A DNA stretch of 51,069 nucleotides, taken from the NCBI GenBank assembly GCA_944372245.1, contig CALVYN010000004.1:1-51069 (forward strand), in the 5' to 3' direction. The translations under genes were made by a program, and so were the position numbers. Origin of the DNA: an uncultured Bacilli bacterium. GTDB taxonomy: Bacteria; Bacillota_I; Bacilli_A; RFN20; CAG-288. The notes under the pieces are model-generated. The model made no database searches and was not told the DNA's origin. It saw only the letters and a program-made list of their open reading frames with translations. Shown here in pieces: positions 29,035 to 37,400 of this stretch (positions are counted from its first letter, which is position 1; the number at the start of each line of letters is the position of its first letter).

Positions 29035-30282
29035 TCAATCCAGCACCAGCCGCCCCTTCTGATAGACGGTGCGGGTGCTGCGGTTGCCCAGGGGGTCGAT
29101 GCTCTCGCCGACGATGCACAGGTCGGGAGCGTACACGGGCAGGCTCAGCCGGGTGTAGGCCTGGTTGAGGCCGTGGGAGATGCGCTCGCTCCGGTCCATC
29201 AGCTCGGAGCCGGCCAGGCTGTCGGCGCTGCTCTGGCCCAGGCAGAGGGCGACGGGGCTGGCCATGTTCAGCTCGTTGCACCCCAAACCGGCCAGGCGCT
29301 GCCTGGGACCCGCGGGGAAGGCGGAGATGGTCAGGATGCCGGGCCGCCTGGCCGAGACGTCCTGGATGAAGGCGTTCAGAGCCTCGGCGCCGGTCTCGGC
29401 GGTCGCCTCGACGACCTCGCCGTTTCTGAAGGTCAGCCGCGCGCCGGCGATCCTCTCTCCATAGAGGTATAGGGGCGCGGTGACCGCGAGGACGCCATCG
29501 GTCCCGTGGGAGTGGGTCGAGGTGTAGATCCCGCCCGAGGGGATGTAGCTGACGAAGGTCTCCTGGCGGGTGGTGTCGGTGCGGACGGCCGAGCGCCAGA
29601 AGCCCTTTAAGGGCAGCTGGACGGTCAGGTCGGTGCCGACGCTGGGCACGGTCAGGTGCAGGCGGTAGAGGTTTCTCCGGTTCATCGCCGCCTCGGCCCG
29701 GTCGACCTGGCTGAAGTGGCTCATGATCGCCTCGTCGTTTCTCACCTCGGCCAGTTCGAGGGCGGCAAAGAGCTGCTGCCACATGTGGTCCAGAGCCTGG
29801 GAGGGGGTCAGATCGGGATACATCTCCGCCGCCCAGTCGCGGGTCGGAACGACCGCGCGCACGTGCTTGATCCTATCGGTGGCGTAGGCGAGGAAGTACT
29901 GGTAGGAGTCGGAGAGGGCCTGGAAGGTCGCCATGAGCTTGTTGGGGGAGAAGCGCTTGAGGGAGTGGAAGTCCCTTCCGACCAGATCGACCAGGATCAT
30001 GTTCTCCCGGGCGTAGCCGGCCACCCGCTCGGCCAAGTTGGTCACGGCGGCGGGGATCCTAGTCTCCGGCGTGTTGTTCACCCACTGGCGGGTGATGTCC
30101 TGGTCGTGGTAGACGACCTGGACGCGGCGCACCTTGGCCTTGTAGAGCTCGCCCACGAGGTAGCGGACGAAGACGCTCATATCCACATCAGCGTAGATGA
30201 CGACGTCCTGCCGCAAGACCGAATGCATGCCCACCTCGATGAGGAAGTCGGCATATCTCTTCATCATCCTGACCTTTTGCAC
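29035..30282 (-). CDS. M29 (AmpS/PepS/AmpT-like) aminopeptidase homologue lacking metal ligands
   Basis: N-terminus KRYADFLIEVG...ELYKAKVRRVQVVYHDQDITR and overall length match M29; catalytic motifs are degenerate. GTG start with GGAGG RBS. Confidence 0.8.
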   Translation of the reverse strand: MQKVRMMKRYADFLIEVGMHSVLRQDVVIYADVDMSVFVRYLVGELYKAKVRRVQVVYHDQDITRQWVNNTPETRIPAAVTNLAERVAGYARENMILVDLVGRDFHSLKRFSPNKLMATFQALSDSYQYFLAYATDRIKHVRAVVPTRDWAAEMYPDLTPSQALDHMWQQLFAALELAEVRNDEAIMSHFSQVDRAEAAMNRRNLYRLHLTVPSVGTDLTVQLPLKGFWRSAVRTDTTRQETFVSYIPSGGIYTSTHSHGTDGVLAVTAPLYLYGERIAGARLTFRNGEVVEATAETGAEALNAFIQDVSARRPGILTISAFPAGPRQRLAGLGCNELNMASPVALCLGQSSADSLAGSELMDRSERISHGLNQAYTRLSLPVYAPDLCIVGESIDPLGNRSTRTVYQKGRLVLD

Positions 30283-30413
30283 TGCGGTTTCCTCCAGCTC
30301 TTGGCAACGGAGGGCTCACCCCTATCCACCGGGCGTGGAAGATGGAGCCCAATGAAATGTTTTTGGCTTTTGGTTTAGGATAACCGAAAATAGATTGTTT
30401 TTGGGAGGTTTTT

Positions 30414-31274
30414 ATGCTGACAGCTACCCTAAACCTTACTTCCGGGCTCGTTTCCAACCCTGGAGAAGGTGTAAATCTCAATCTGGACTGGCCCGCCGAC
30501 CGTCCCGTCCCTCTCGCCCAGCTCGACGAGCTGGCCAGCCAGCTGCGCCAGCAGGGCGTCACCGACCTGGTCGCCATCGGTGCCCACATCCAGATCGAGG
30601 AGGCCAAGGCCGTGGCCCTGGGCCTGCGCTACGCCGGCCCTCTGGCCGACCTGGCCAAGGCCAAGGTCGAACCCTACTCGGCCGCAAATCTCTCGGTCGT
30701 CCTGGCCGGCACCTGCGGCGGGAGCGAGCTGATCCCCCAGTGCTCCTTCTTCGATTCCGAGAGGGGCTTCCTCCGCAGCGTGAGGATGCCCAGATGCGAT
30801 ATCACCTATATTGACCGTGCGGAGCTGAATGCGGCCGTCGGCACCGGCTTCTCCTGCCTCATCCGCCTTTTAGAGCTCTCCGTCGCTCCGGGTGTGCCCG
30901 CCGGCCTTAGAGCCTGCTCGCGCGCCCTCTTTGACCAGGGGGCCATGGGGACTCTCGCGCTGGATGAGGTGGCCTGGCAGGGGGCCAACCTCATCGGGCT
31001 GATTCACCGCCTGAGCCGGCCCCAGCTCCCTCTGACCTACATCGCTCAGATCGCCGCGGCCAAGGGCCGGGAGGGCAACCTCGATGCGGCCTACCTCCTC
31101 GCGGCCCAGCTCCTCTTTTCCGAAGATGCTTCCACCCTGACTGAGATCGCCCAGAGGGCTGGGGTCAGACCTTTGAAACTGACCCCGGCGAGCGAAAAGC
31201 AGATCGTAGATAAGGTAGCGGGGCTTCGTCTGTCTTATACTCTTAACCCGCTAGGAGGAAAACTTCATGGCTGA
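30414..31274 (+). CDS. Degenerate iron-containing alcohol dehydrogenase-fold protein
   Basis: LRQQGVTDLVAIGAHIQIEEAKAVALG, LAGTCGGSE, TYIDRAE and TGFSCLIRLLE follow the order of Fe-ADH motifs (GGGS.ID.AK, PTTAGTGSE, I.DP.L, TG.DA..H..E). RBS GGAGG. Confidence 0.6.
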   Translation: MLTATLNLTSGLVSNPGEGVNLNLDWPADRPVPLAQLDELASQLRQQGVTDLVAIGAHIQIEEAKAVALGLRYAGPLADLAKAKVEPYSAANLSVVLAGTCGGSELIPQCSFFDSERGFLRSVRMPRCDITYIDRAELNAAVGTGFSCLIRLLELSVAPGVPAGLRACSRALFDQGAMGTLALDEVAWQGANLIGLIHRLSRPQLPLTYIAQIAAAKGREGNLDAAYLLAAQLLFSEDASTLTEIAQRAGVRPLKLTPASEKQIVDKVAGLRLSYTLNPLGGKLHG

Positions 31275-32529
31275 AAACGAACAGCGCCCGGAAGTGTCCA
31301 CCACCGGCTCGACCCAGACCGGCGTGGGCACTCCCTCCAAGAGAGCCGTCCAGATGATCGACGAGATGAAGAAGCCGACCAAGCCGCTCCCCATCCTCAA
31401 GAAGAACTGGGCCTGGCCTTTCTTCATCCTCGTGATGGGCTTCATCGTGGGTATCGCGGTGGGCTCGATGCAGGATGGCATCGTCAGCGACAACTCGACT
31501 GCGGCCTCCCGCGTCGGCTTCCTCATCGCCGTCTTCTTCCTCGGCTCGCTCCTGGGTGTCATCGTCTACAACATCGGCAAGACGATCGGCGCCTACCTGG
31601 CGGGCTACCGCCTGTCCTATCTGTGCATCTCCGGCGTGTGCTGGGATGCTTCCCGCCCTGCGAAGCGGCTCTACTTCGACGGATCCCAGTTCCTAGAGAT
31701 CCACTCCCGCTATGCGCCCAAGGACGATGACCTGAACCGCAACCCCATCGCGATGTTCCTGGGCGGCTTCGCCTTCTGGGCGATCGTCTTCGCCGTCGTG
31801 ATGGCTGTCGCCTTCACCGCCGTCCCCAGCCAGTCGATCGTCCGCTCCGGCATGATCTGGGGCGCGGCCTTCTCCGGCGACTACATCATCTACCAGCTCT
31901 GCCCCTTCCGTCAGGACTACGCCGCCGACATGTTCTCCCTGGTCTCCACCCGCAACGCTGAGGACCGCCGGGCCTTCAACCTCTACTACTACAACCGCGG
32001 CAACGAGTTCGCCGACAGGGAGATGCTGGTCCCCGACTTCACCGCCTACGACAGCTATTGGAAGGCCAAGACGATGATCTACCTCTTCCGCAGCCACCTC
32101 TACACCAAGGGCGAGATCGACCAGGCCCTGGAGACCTTCCCCCGCATCCACGAGGTCAGCGCCTACCTCAACGACGAGGAGAAGGCCCAGGTCGCCGGCG
32201 AGCGCATCTTCGTCCTGCTCCTGCTGAACGACCGCGCGGGCGCGGACAACCTCTTCATCGAGCTGTCCAAGACCGTCAAGGGCGAGGTCATCCGCGGCAA
32301 CAACCTCGGCTCGATGCGCACCGCCCTGCTGGTCTCCGGTGCCATCGTCGGCCGCGAGGACACCACCGTGGACAACGTCAAGTCCATGAAGGCTCTGATG
32401 GTCAAGAACCCCACCTCCCACAAGCTCCAGACCGAGCAGTCCTACTACCGCCTGGCCTACGCCAAGGTCAAGGAGATCAAGCCCGGCTTCAACCTCCCCG
32501 CCCTGCCCGAGGCGGCCGAGCAGAACTGA
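31267..32529 (+). CDS. Membrane protein resembling M50 (site-2 protease) family without HExxH, with a C-terminal helical domain
   Basis: Four or more TM segments; VIVYNIGKTIGAYLAGYRL sits at the HExxH position; MFLGG and QLCPFRQDYAAD match the ..GG.. and NxxP..DG positions. RBS AGGAGG; 8-nt overlap with the upstream gene. Confidence 0.7.
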   Translation: MAENEQRPEVSTTGSTQTGVGTPSKRAVQMIDEMKKPTKPLPILKKNWAWPFFILVMGFIVGIAVGSMQDGIVSDNSTAASRVGFLIAVFFLGSLLGVIVYNIGKTIGAYLAGYRLSYLCISGVCWDASRPAKRLYFDGSQFLEIHSRYAPKDDDLNRNPIAMFLGGFAFWAIVFAVVMAVAFTAVPSQSIVRSGMIWGAAFSGDYIIYQLCPFRQDYAADMFSLVSTRNAEDRRAFNLYYYNRGNEFADREMLVPDFTAYDSYWKAKTMIYLFRSHLYTKGEIDQALETFPRIHEVSAYLNDEEKAQVAGERIFVLLLLNDRAGADNLFIELSKTVKGEVIRGNNLGSMRTALLVSGAIVGREDTTVDNVKSMKALMVKNPTSHKLQTEQSYYRLAYAKVKEIKPGFNLPALPEAAEQN

Positions 32530-32549
32530 TAGGCTCTAAACCAAGTTAC

Positions 32550-32586
32550 AAAAAGTGCTGCCCACCATTCGGTGGGCAGCATTTTT
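32550..32586 (+). terminator. Rho-independent terminator
   Basis: TGCTGCCCACC-attc-GGTGGGCAGCA followed by TTTTT. Confidence 0.85.
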
Positions 32587-32747
32587 ATGAAGAAAATTCT
32601 TGCGGGATACACTTATGGATGACATATATTCCCTCTCTTCACACTGTCTGAGAGGCACGAGTCTCAAAATGTTGCACAAGCTGATCAGAGAGGGTTTGAG
32701 GGATTATCGAACAGGAGCCACGCCTCTCTCATCCAGGTTAATTTATG

Positions 32748-32777
32748 TTGAAACAATAATGCGCGTAGGGATAAAAT
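32748..32777 (+). promoter_or_regulatory. Putative sigma-A promoter of yebC
   Basis: TTGAAA-18 nt-TAAAAT, ~60 nt upstream of the ATG. Confidence 0.5.
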
Positions 32778-32839
32778 ACCGCCTGCACTCTGCGTATCGT
32801 TTTTGCGCGCAGCAGTAATAAATAGAGAGGTATATCGGC

Positions 32840-33586
32840 ATGGGAAGAGCACATGAGGTTCGCGCCAAGAAGATGGCCGCGACCAACGCCGCGAAGTCGG
32901 CGCTTTACAACCGCGCCAGCAAGGAGATCTACCTTGCGGCCAAGTCTGGTGTCCCCGACCCCAACTCCAACCTCTCGCTGAGAGCGGCAATCGAGAAGTT
33001 CAAGGGCCAGGGTGTCACCCGTGACGTCATCGACCGCGCCATCAAGAAGGCGGCCGGCGGCGACGCCACCACCTACATCTCCGGTCGCTATGAGGGCTTC
33101 GGCCCCGGCAGTGTCGCTATCATCGTCGACACCCTAGCCGATAACGACAAGAGAGCCTTCGCGTCCGTGCGCGCCGTCTTCAACCACAAGGGCGGCCACA
33201 TCGGCAACACCGGCTCGGTCATGTTCCTGTTCAAGGAGCTGGGCGACTTCATCTTCGAGGCCAAGCCCGAGGACCAGGAGAACATCGAGATGGCTCTGAT
33301 CGAGGCCGACATCGAGGAGACCGCCACCTACAACGAGGAGGACGGCACCCTCGAGATCACTGTCGACCGCAAGGACTTCGCCAAGGCTCACGACATCATC
33401 CAGAGCCAGGGCGTGACTGAGTTCCTCAAGTCGGAGATCGCCTGGGTTCCCAACGAGAAGAAGCACCTCGAGGGCGAGGATAAGCGGAAGCTGATCAACT
33501 TCGTCAACGAGCTGAACAAGATCGAGGACGTGCAGAACGTCTACACCGACGCCGACTTCGACCCCAACAACGAGGACGCTGAGTAG
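32840..33586 (+). CDS. yebC: YebC/PmpR family protein
   Basis: MGRAHEVR, GVPDPNSNLSLR, YEGFGPGSVAIIVDTL.DN, GSVMFLF, EDVQNVYTD. Confidence 0.95.
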   Translation: MGRAHEVRAKKMAATNAAKSALYNRASKEIYLAAKSGVPDPNSNLSLRAAIEKFKGQGVTRDVIDRAIKKAAGGDATTYISGRYEGFGPGSVAIIVDTLADNDKRAFASVRAVFNHKGGHIGNTGSVMFLFKELGDFIFEAKPEDQENIEMALIEADIEETATYNEEDGTLEITVDRKDFAKAHDIIQSQGVTEFLKSEIAWVPNEKKHLEGEDKRKLINFVNELNKIEDVQNVYTDADFDPNNEDAE

Positions 33587-33594
33587 GAAGCGGG

Positions 33595-33621
33595 GCCCAC
33601 GCGTCAGGCGTGGGCTTTTTT
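33595..33621 (+). terminator. Terminator after yebC
   Basis: GCCCACGC-gtcag-GCGTGGGC followed by TTTTTT. Confidence 0.8.
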
Positions 33622-33638
33622 CATCGGAGGTTATCCCT

Positions 33639-34127
33639 ATGCACAAGGTGAGGCTCTACATCGCCTGCTCCTGGTTCAATCCTGAGCAGGTCGCCAACAT
33701 GGAGCGGGCGCACGCCCTGCTCAAGAAGAATCCCAGCGTCGACTGGGAGGGCTCCTACCGGCCTGTCGAGCACCAGTGGGGCGGCCACGTCTTCGGTCAG
33801 GACCCCGAAGAGGACGAGCGCTGGTACAACAACCGCGACTGGCAGGCGCACACCTACTACGAGGACCTGCTCGGGCTCAACCGCTCGGAGATGTGCCTCT
33901 TCGTCCAGTGCGACTTCAACGAGGACCCCGGTCAGGCCTTTGAGCTGGGCTACGCCGTGGCTCAGCACAAGCCCTGCGTCATGGCCCTCATCGACCCCAC
34001 CTGCAAGGACCACCCCCTCAACCTGATGCTGGCGGTCTCGCCCGACAGGTTCATCGCCATCGATGACCTGGACACCTTCGACTTCAACAACTTCGGCTAT
34101 GAGTACTGCCCCGGCAAGGTCTACTAG
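33639..34127 (+). CDS. Nucleoside 2'-deoxyribosyltransferase
   Basis: LYIACSWF, TYYEDL, DPGQAFELGYAVA.HKP (catalytic Glu), NLML and a C-terminal Tyr, as in Lactobacillus-type NDT. RBS GGAGG. Confidence 0.88.
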   Translation: MHKVRLYIACSWFNPEQVANMERAHALLKKNPSVDWEGSYRPVEHQWGGHVFGQDPEEDERWYNNRDWQAHTYYEDLLGLNRSEMCLFVQCDFNEDPGQAFELGYAVAQHKPCVMALIDPTCKDHPLNLMLAVSPDRFIAIDDLDTFDFNNFGYEYCPGKVY

Positions 34128-34163
34128 AGGTAAAACCCTCCTGGGTCGTGTATCATCTCTCAC

Positions 34164-34646
34164 ATGGAAATGAAGGAAATGAAGGACCGGCTCAAAGCCG
34201 GCTGCCGGAAGGCGTGGGATTATCTCTCAGCCCGCTTTAAGAAGTTCACCGTCATGCGCTGGATCGGCTGCATCTTCTCTCTCCTGGTCGCGGTGCTCTG
34301 CATCATGTATGCGATCATGTTCACCATCGACCGCGCCAAGGGTCTCCCCTTCTTCACCGACAGCGAGGGCAACGCGATGCACACCTACGAGATCCTGGTG
34401 ACCATCGTCTTCTACCTCGTGGGTCTCTTCCTCCTGGGCACCTGGGTCTATGAGACCTTCATCGCTCCCATCAAGCCCAAGTACTCCGGCCCGGCGAAGG
34501 ATATCGTCGGCGGCCGCGTCATCGAGATCCCCCGGGCTTCGACCGCAGAGGACCAGGCAGCAACCCAAGAAGCAGATAAAAAGGATGCTTCCGGCGAAAA
34601 TAAAGACGAAACCCCTAAAGAATCGGAAGATAAGAAGTCTGAATAG
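34164..34646 (+). CDS. Hypothetical membrane protein (2 TM, charged C-terminal tail)
   Basis: Two hydrophobic helices, coding-type codon bias, followed by a terminator. Confidence 0.75.
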   Translation: MEMKEMKDRLKAGCRKAWDYLSARFKKFTVMRWIGCIFSLLVAVLCIMYAIMFTIDRAKGLPFFTDSEGNAMHTYEILVTIVFYLVGLFLLGTWVYETFIAPIKPKYSGPAKDIVGGRVIEIPRASTAEDQAATQEADKKDASGENKDETPKESEDKKSE

Positions 34647-34651
34647 CTCAT

Positions 34652-34684
34652 GCAAAAAGCGCTGGCCTGACCCAGCGCTTTTGC
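34652..34684. terminator. Bidirectional terminator between convergent genes
   Basis: GCAAAAAGCGCTGG-cctgac-CCAGCGCTTTTGC. Confidence 0.8.
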
Positions 34685-34698
34685 TTTGGCTCTAAGAT

Positions 34699-35919
34699 TT
34701 AATCCCTCTTAAGATGGCAGGTGTGGTAGGGCCCGACCTCGACCTTATCCTTCCTCTCGATGTCGATATCCGCCCAGAAGAGCGAGCGCTTGGGAGCCAT
34801 GTGGTTGCGACCGTGGAAGACGTAGACGAGGCGGTCGCCGACCTCCACGATCGAGCCGTGGCCGGTGGAGTAGATATCCTCCTCGGGCTTCTGGTGGATG
34901 ATGGGGTTAGCCTGGTACTTGGTGTAGGTGCCCAGCGGGCTGTCGGCGAAGGCGAGACCGACGCCGTAGGCGGGGGACTCGAAGAAGTTGGCAGAGTAGG
35001 TCAGGCAGTAGGTGCGCTTGCCGTCGATCTCTCTCACGAAGGTCGTGGAGCCCTCGCTCCAGCGGCGGTCCTTGCGCTGGCCGTGATACTTGCTGTAGTC
35101 GTCGACGTGGTAGAGCTCCCAGCTCTGGGGCTGGAGATCGTAGCCCACGATGTTGACGAAGCCGTCCTTGCGCACGCCAGGATAGCGCTGGTCGTCGTGA
35201 TTAGCATCGAAGAAGCGCGGGGCGATGGTCGGCATTGTCCTACCCTCTGGGTCGGTGAACCAGGTCGGGTCGAGCTCGACGCCGGAGATGTCGCTCTGTT
35301 CCACGAACTTTCCGAGGCTCTCATCCCAGATCCAGTTGGGATAGGCGCAGCGGGAGAAGTACATGTACTGCCGGCCGTCATCGTCGAAGAAGATGTTCAC
35401 GTCGATGAGCGAGGAGAAGACGCCCCTGGGCGCCTTCTCGCTCTCCTTGAGGGAGCAGGGTTTCATCAGATCGGCCTGGCCCATGAGCTGGTTGAGGTCG
35501 GGCTGCGTGCGGTTATAGGGGAAGTAGTCGATGGGCCGCGCCTCGAGGTTGATGAAGGGCCCCTCGGGCGAGTCGGAGGTGGCCACACCGAACTTGGCGC
35601 ACTCGATGAAGTCCGCTCGGCCGAAGTTCTCGGCGATCTTTTCGGGATAGACGCGGGCGGAGTAGAAGAGGAAATACCTGTGAGAGTAGGGAGAGTAGTA
35701 GCACTCGGGCGCCCAGAACCAGTCGCGGCCCCAGCGCTTCTCATCCTTCTTCAGCGCCTTGCCGCAGTAGCGCCACTCCTCGAGGTCATCCGAGACATAG
35801 ATGTTGAAGGCCCAGTCCTGATCCTCGTCGTCCTCGCCCGTGCAGTAGGAGTAGTAGTGGCCGCTGACGGGGTCCTTCATCACGTGCGGGTCGGCGCCGA
35901 TGACGATTCCTCTCTCCAT
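34699..35919 (-). CDS. Glycoside hydrolase family 43 protein (no signal peptide)
   Basis: GADP (base), WAPE, LIDVNIFFDDDG (pKa modulator), SEGS (acid), STGHGS. Start moved to MERGIV (35919, RBS GGAGGAG). Confidence 0.9.
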   Translation of the reverse strand: MERGIVIGADPHVMKDPVSGHYYSYCTGEDDEDQDWAFNIYVSDDLEEWRYCGKALKKDEKRWGRDWFWAPECYYSPYSHRYFLFYSARVYPEKIAENFGRADFIECAKFGVATSDSPEGPFINLEARPIDYFPYNRTQPDLNQLMGQADLMKPCSLKESEKAPRGVFSSLIDVNIFFDDDGRQYMYFSRCAYPNWIWDESLGKFVEQSDISGVELDPTWFTDPEGRTMPTIAPRFFDANHDDQRYPGVRKDGFVNIVGYDLQPQSWELYHVDDYSKYHGQRKDRRWSEGSTTFVREIDGKRTYCLTYSANFFESPAYGVGLAFADSPLGTYTKYQANPIIHQKPEEDIYSTGHGSIVEVGDRLVYVFHGRNHMAPKRSLFWADIDIERKDKVEVGPYHTCHLKRD

Positions 35920-35985
35920 AACGATCTCCTCCAGTCTTCGATTCAGGGCATAATTGTCGCCTTTCGAGGCTAAAAGTTTCAGGTT

Positions 35986-35999
35986 AAATAACGTTATTT
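35986..35999. promoter_or_regulatory. Perfect 14-bp palindrome, LacI-family operator-like
   Basis: AAATAACGTTATTT with central CG, ~67 nt upstream of the GH43 start. Confidence 0.45.
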
Positions 36000-36030
36000 T
36001 TAATGGAGGACAAAATACTCTTTTGAAAAC

Positions 36031-36060
36031 AAACAACCCTTCGGCAAACCGAAGGGTTTT
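36031..36060. terminator. Terminator hairpin downstream of the TrmH-family gene
   Basis: AACCCTTCGG-caaa-CCGAAGGGTT flanked by A/T runs. Confidence 0.7.
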
Positions 36061-36115
36061 AACTCTAATAGAGCACTGAATTCAAGAGAAGATATTCGCT
36101 GCTGAACCTCTGGCT

Positions 36116-36844
36116 CTATCCCCTCTTGATCCGATAGCGGAAGTCGTGGAGAGCCACGGCGATCGAGGTGGTCAGATTCAGGCTGTCGACCTCGTCCGAC
36201 TGCTCGATCCTGATGGCATCAGGGGTGCGGAAACCCTCGGGTAGGCCAGTTCCCTCGTTGCCGAAGACCAGGGCTATCGGCTCGGCCGGAACTCTCTCGA
36301 TCTTGGAGAGGAAGCGGTCGGTCTGGAGCACGAAAGGATAGAAGGTGCGAGGATAGGCGCTTATATACTCCTCGAAGGAGGAAAAGTGGGCGATGCGGAT
36401 AGAGAAGAAGGCGCCCATGGATGCCCGAATCGCCTTGGGGTTGAAGCAGTCGGCACAGGGAGTGATGAGAGCCAGGTCCTTGTAGCCGAATGCCAGCATC
36501 GTGCGCATGGCGTTGCCCACATTGCCCATATCCATCGGATTGACCATCACCAGGTGGTCGCCCTCGGGGTCCAGAGCCTGCTCTTCAGGGATGTTGAAGA
36601 CTCCGATGACGTGGTCGTTGCCCTTGGAGCCGAGCTTTGCCACTGCCTCGTCGGAGATGATGACTTTAGATTTATCTACTAGGCTAAGGATTCTATCTAA
36701 CCCCTCAGTTCCCACCGCATCCTTTGAGGCGTAGACCAGCCTCAGAAGCTCCGGCTTACGCTGGATGAGACACAGGGTGGGGAAGAAGCCCGCCGTGTAG
36801 GAGAAGCCGCATCCGCGGCTGTAACGCTGAATCTTTGCTGCCAT
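36116..36844 (-). CDS. TrmH/SpoU family RNA 2'-O-methyltransferase
   Basis: NPMDMGNVGNAMRT, KAIRASMGA, VFGNEGTGL, VDSLNL SPOUT motifs. Confidence 0.92.
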   Translation of the reverse strand: MAAKIQRYSRGCGFSYTAGFFPTLCLIQRKPELLRLVYASKDAVGTEGLDRILSLVDKSKVIISDEAVAKLGSKGNDHVIGVFNIPEEQALDPEGDHLVMVNPMDMGNVGNAMRTMLAFGYKDLALITPCADCFNPKAIRASMGAFFSIRIAHFSSFEEYISAYPRTFYPFVLQTDRFLSKIERVPAEPIALVFGNEGTGLPEGFRTPDAIRIEQSDEVDSLNLTTSIAVALHDFRYRIKRG

Positions 36845-36944
36845 AACTCAGAAAGTATAACTGCATCAAAAAACGCCGCAAACGCTAAATTGCAGTAAGC
36901 GCAAATCGGCACCTGCCAGAGTAGGTACAAGTTTTCACTGGCAG

Positions 36945-36980
36945 TTGCACTTAGTCTGGCAATTTGCACTTAGTCTGACA
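36945..36980 (-). repeat. Tandem copies of the dispersed motif TTGCACTTAGTCTG(G/A)CA
   Basis: Copies start at 36945 and 36964 (19-nt period). The reverse complement of 36945-36964 matches 51041-51060 at 19/20 positions. Confidence 0.85.
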
Positions 36981-37091
36981 GTCCGCGGCTGAGAGCGAGA
37001 GTTCTCTGAAGAATTGTTAAATTAGATGTTAATAAAGAGAACAATTACCTAATCCAAGAAAGTCATTCCCATTTCATATAAAGTTGGAAAC

Positions 37092-37115
37092 AAAAAACAC
37101 CGGCATCTGCCGGTG
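37092..37115 (-). terminator. Terminator of rpsF-ssb-rpsR
   Basis: CACCGGCA-loop-TGCCGGTG with a minus-strand T6 run. Confidence 0.8.
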
Positions 37116-37142
37116 CTTACAAGGTGTCTCTCGCGGTGAAGA

Positions 37143-37370
37143 CTACTCGACCACGAAGGGCAGCAGGGCCATGTAGCGCGCGTTCTTGATCGCCTTGGCG
37201 AGCATGCGCTGGTAGCGGGCCGAAGTGCCGGTGGTGGAGCGAGGAGTGATCTTGCCGTTGGGGCTGATGAACTTCTTCAGCAGCTCGACATCCTTGTAGT
37301 CGATCCACTCGATGTGGTTTTTGGTGAAGTAGCACACCTTGCGGCGGGGCTTGAACTTCCTGTTGAACAT
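37143..37370 (-). CDS. rpsR: 30S ribosomal protein S18
   Basis: RRKVCYF...[44 protein letters not shown]. Confidence 0.98.
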   Translation of the reverse strand: MFNRKFKPRRKVCYFTKNHIEWIDYKDVELLKKFISPNGKITPRSTTGTSARYQRMLAKAIKNARYMALLPFVVE

Positions 37371-37400
37371 CTTTGAAAATCCTTTCCTGACAGTTACAGA

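Noticed and set aside
29035-32529. Calling the three degenerate enzyme homologues pseudogenes
   Set aside because: Reading frames, RBSs, gene coupling and the terminator are intact; only catalytic residues are altered (the Fe-ADH-like gene is also shortened).
32630-32735. Weak similarity (TGAGAGGCA, TTTGAGGG, GAGCCAC..CTCTC) to 50941-50977
   Set aside because: Short, gapped matches with different spacing; cannot be distinguished from chance without a genome-wide search.
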